Origin: a plasmid
Sequence record: NZ_CP044066.1
DNA length: 64,000 bases
Strand: one strand, 5' to 3'
The notes beneath the pieces were generated by a model. The model was not told the origin of the DNA and did no database searches. It worked only from the letters and a program-made list of their open reading frames with translations. Of this stretch, positions 63,153 through 64,000 are shown in pieces (positions within the stretch are counted from its first letter, which is position 1; each line of letters starts with the position of its first letter). Position numbers and translations under genes: made by a program.

Positions 63153-64000
63153 TCACTCCGTTGGGGAGGAAAATTTCGCTTTCAATTCCTCAATGAGCTC
63201 TTGGCGCCTCGCGGCGTCTTTCAGTGTCACCTCAAAGGTGACCTTGCCTGAATCCCAATCTTTCAGCACGCCGACGGGAGCTCCATCGGGACCGAGCAGC
63301 TTGTGCTGCCTCGAGGTCTCTTTGGTTTTACGCGCGGGCTTGCTCTCATAACGGGCTCGCAGCAGTTCCACGTCCTTTGCAACAGCAGCTTCGTCTCGTA
63401 CCTTCACCGCCATTTCTGATGCTACTACGCTACCAGCAGCACCTTCGAGAAGCCGAAGCTGATACAGCGTAATCAGTGCGAACGACTCCGGACGCTCTTT
63501 GACCAGATCCAGAACACTGTTGCTCAGCTTCAGGATGGACAGTGTCTTGTTGACGTTAGGCAGCGACATGCCGGTGACTTCGGCGATTGCCGACTCATTG
63601 GGGTATATCCCATCCTTGATCAAAGCGTCCCAGGCGATCGCATTGTCCAATGGAGTCTGTTGCTCGCGCTCTGCGTTCTCTTTGTACGAAAGCTGATAAA
63701 GCTGCTGATCGGTCAGCCCAGGGTGAATGAGCAGCTTGATCTTTGTTTTGCCTGCGACCTTCAGCGCCCGCAGCCGATAGTGACCACCGGCAAGAACACG
63801 GCGGCCTCCTCTCACTGTTGCGATACCCGGGACAAGCTGGCCGTCAGCTCGAATGCTTGCCGCTAGTTCATGCACACGCTCAGGACGATACAAACGCCTG
63901 GCATTGAACGGGTTCTCGTCCACAAGCGAGATATCCGTTTCCTCGTAGAACGGTTCACCCGCAACTTCATCGTTTGTCGCTCGCGCTGCCGTGTGTTCAA
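63153..64000 (-). CDS. parB: ParB-family partition protein (N-terminus runs past the window end)
   Basis: ParB box II AGGHYRLRA, plus HTH ESAIAEVTGMSLPNVNKTLSILKL. The reading frame is open to position 64000. Confidence 0.8.
   Translation of the reverse strand, partial: EHTAARATNDEVAGEPFYEETDISLVDENPFNARRLYRPERVHELAASIRADGQLVPGIATVRGGRRVLAGGHYRLRALKVAGKTKIKLLIHPGLTDQQLYQLSYKENAEREQQTPLDNAIAWDALIKDGIYPNESAIAEVTGMSLPNVNKTLSILKLSNSVLDLVKERPESFALITLYQLRLLEGAAGSVVASEMAVKVRDEAAVAKDVELLRARYESKPARKTKETSRQHKLLGPDGAPVGVLKDWDSGKVTFEVTLKDAARRQELIEELKAKFSSPTE

Overview
The window is about 65% GC and looks like Burkholderiales DNA. All of it appears to sit inside one large conjugative element (a plasmid, or an integrated plasmid-like ICE). 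Reading left to right, it contains the following. (1) The truncated right end of an IS3-family (IS407-like) insertion sequence. (2) A cargo block: a Tat-signal alpha/beta hydrolase, an AhpD-like protein, a MocR regulator, an orphan DNA methyltransferase-like gene with a paralogous pair of unknown proteins, a coupled UvrD-like helicase/DUF1173/FtsK-gamma operon, a Cys-rich protein plus Gp37/Gp68 operon, a PemK/MazF toxin-antitoxin pair, a secreted non-specific endonuclease, and HU. (3) An internal tyrosine integrase (18633..19793) that carries a C-terminal Fis-type HTH. (4) A ParM-like actin-type segregation module with upstream direct repeats. (5) A minus-strand block with primase, SSB and several unknowns that looks like a plasmid leading region. 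(6) A divergent regulatory region followed by a coiled-coil protein and a protein with an FlhC-like C-terminal domain. (7) The most striking part: a complete R64-like type IVb thin-pilus cluster (PilV, PilS, PilR, PilQ, PilP, PilO, a membrane protein, the PilN secretin, a TcpQ-domain PilL, and a lytic transglycosylase). It is co-oriented and contiguous with virB1/virB10/virB9/virB8 and transcribed divergently from virB11-B2-B3-B4-B5-B6-orf-virD4. The MPF-T type IV secretion system is therefore split around a single intergenic control region. (8) Downstream lie three unknowns, a second UvrD/Rep helicase, an iteron-type RepA with at least 8 upstream iterons, and a partial ParB at the window edge. 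Two families of repeated non-coding motifs recur across the element: a ~55-bp element carrying the 14-bp palindrome TCGAGCATGCTCGA, and a promoter-like box ACGACTTGACATTG-N11-TAGGNT. No rRNA, tRNA or CRISPR array was found.
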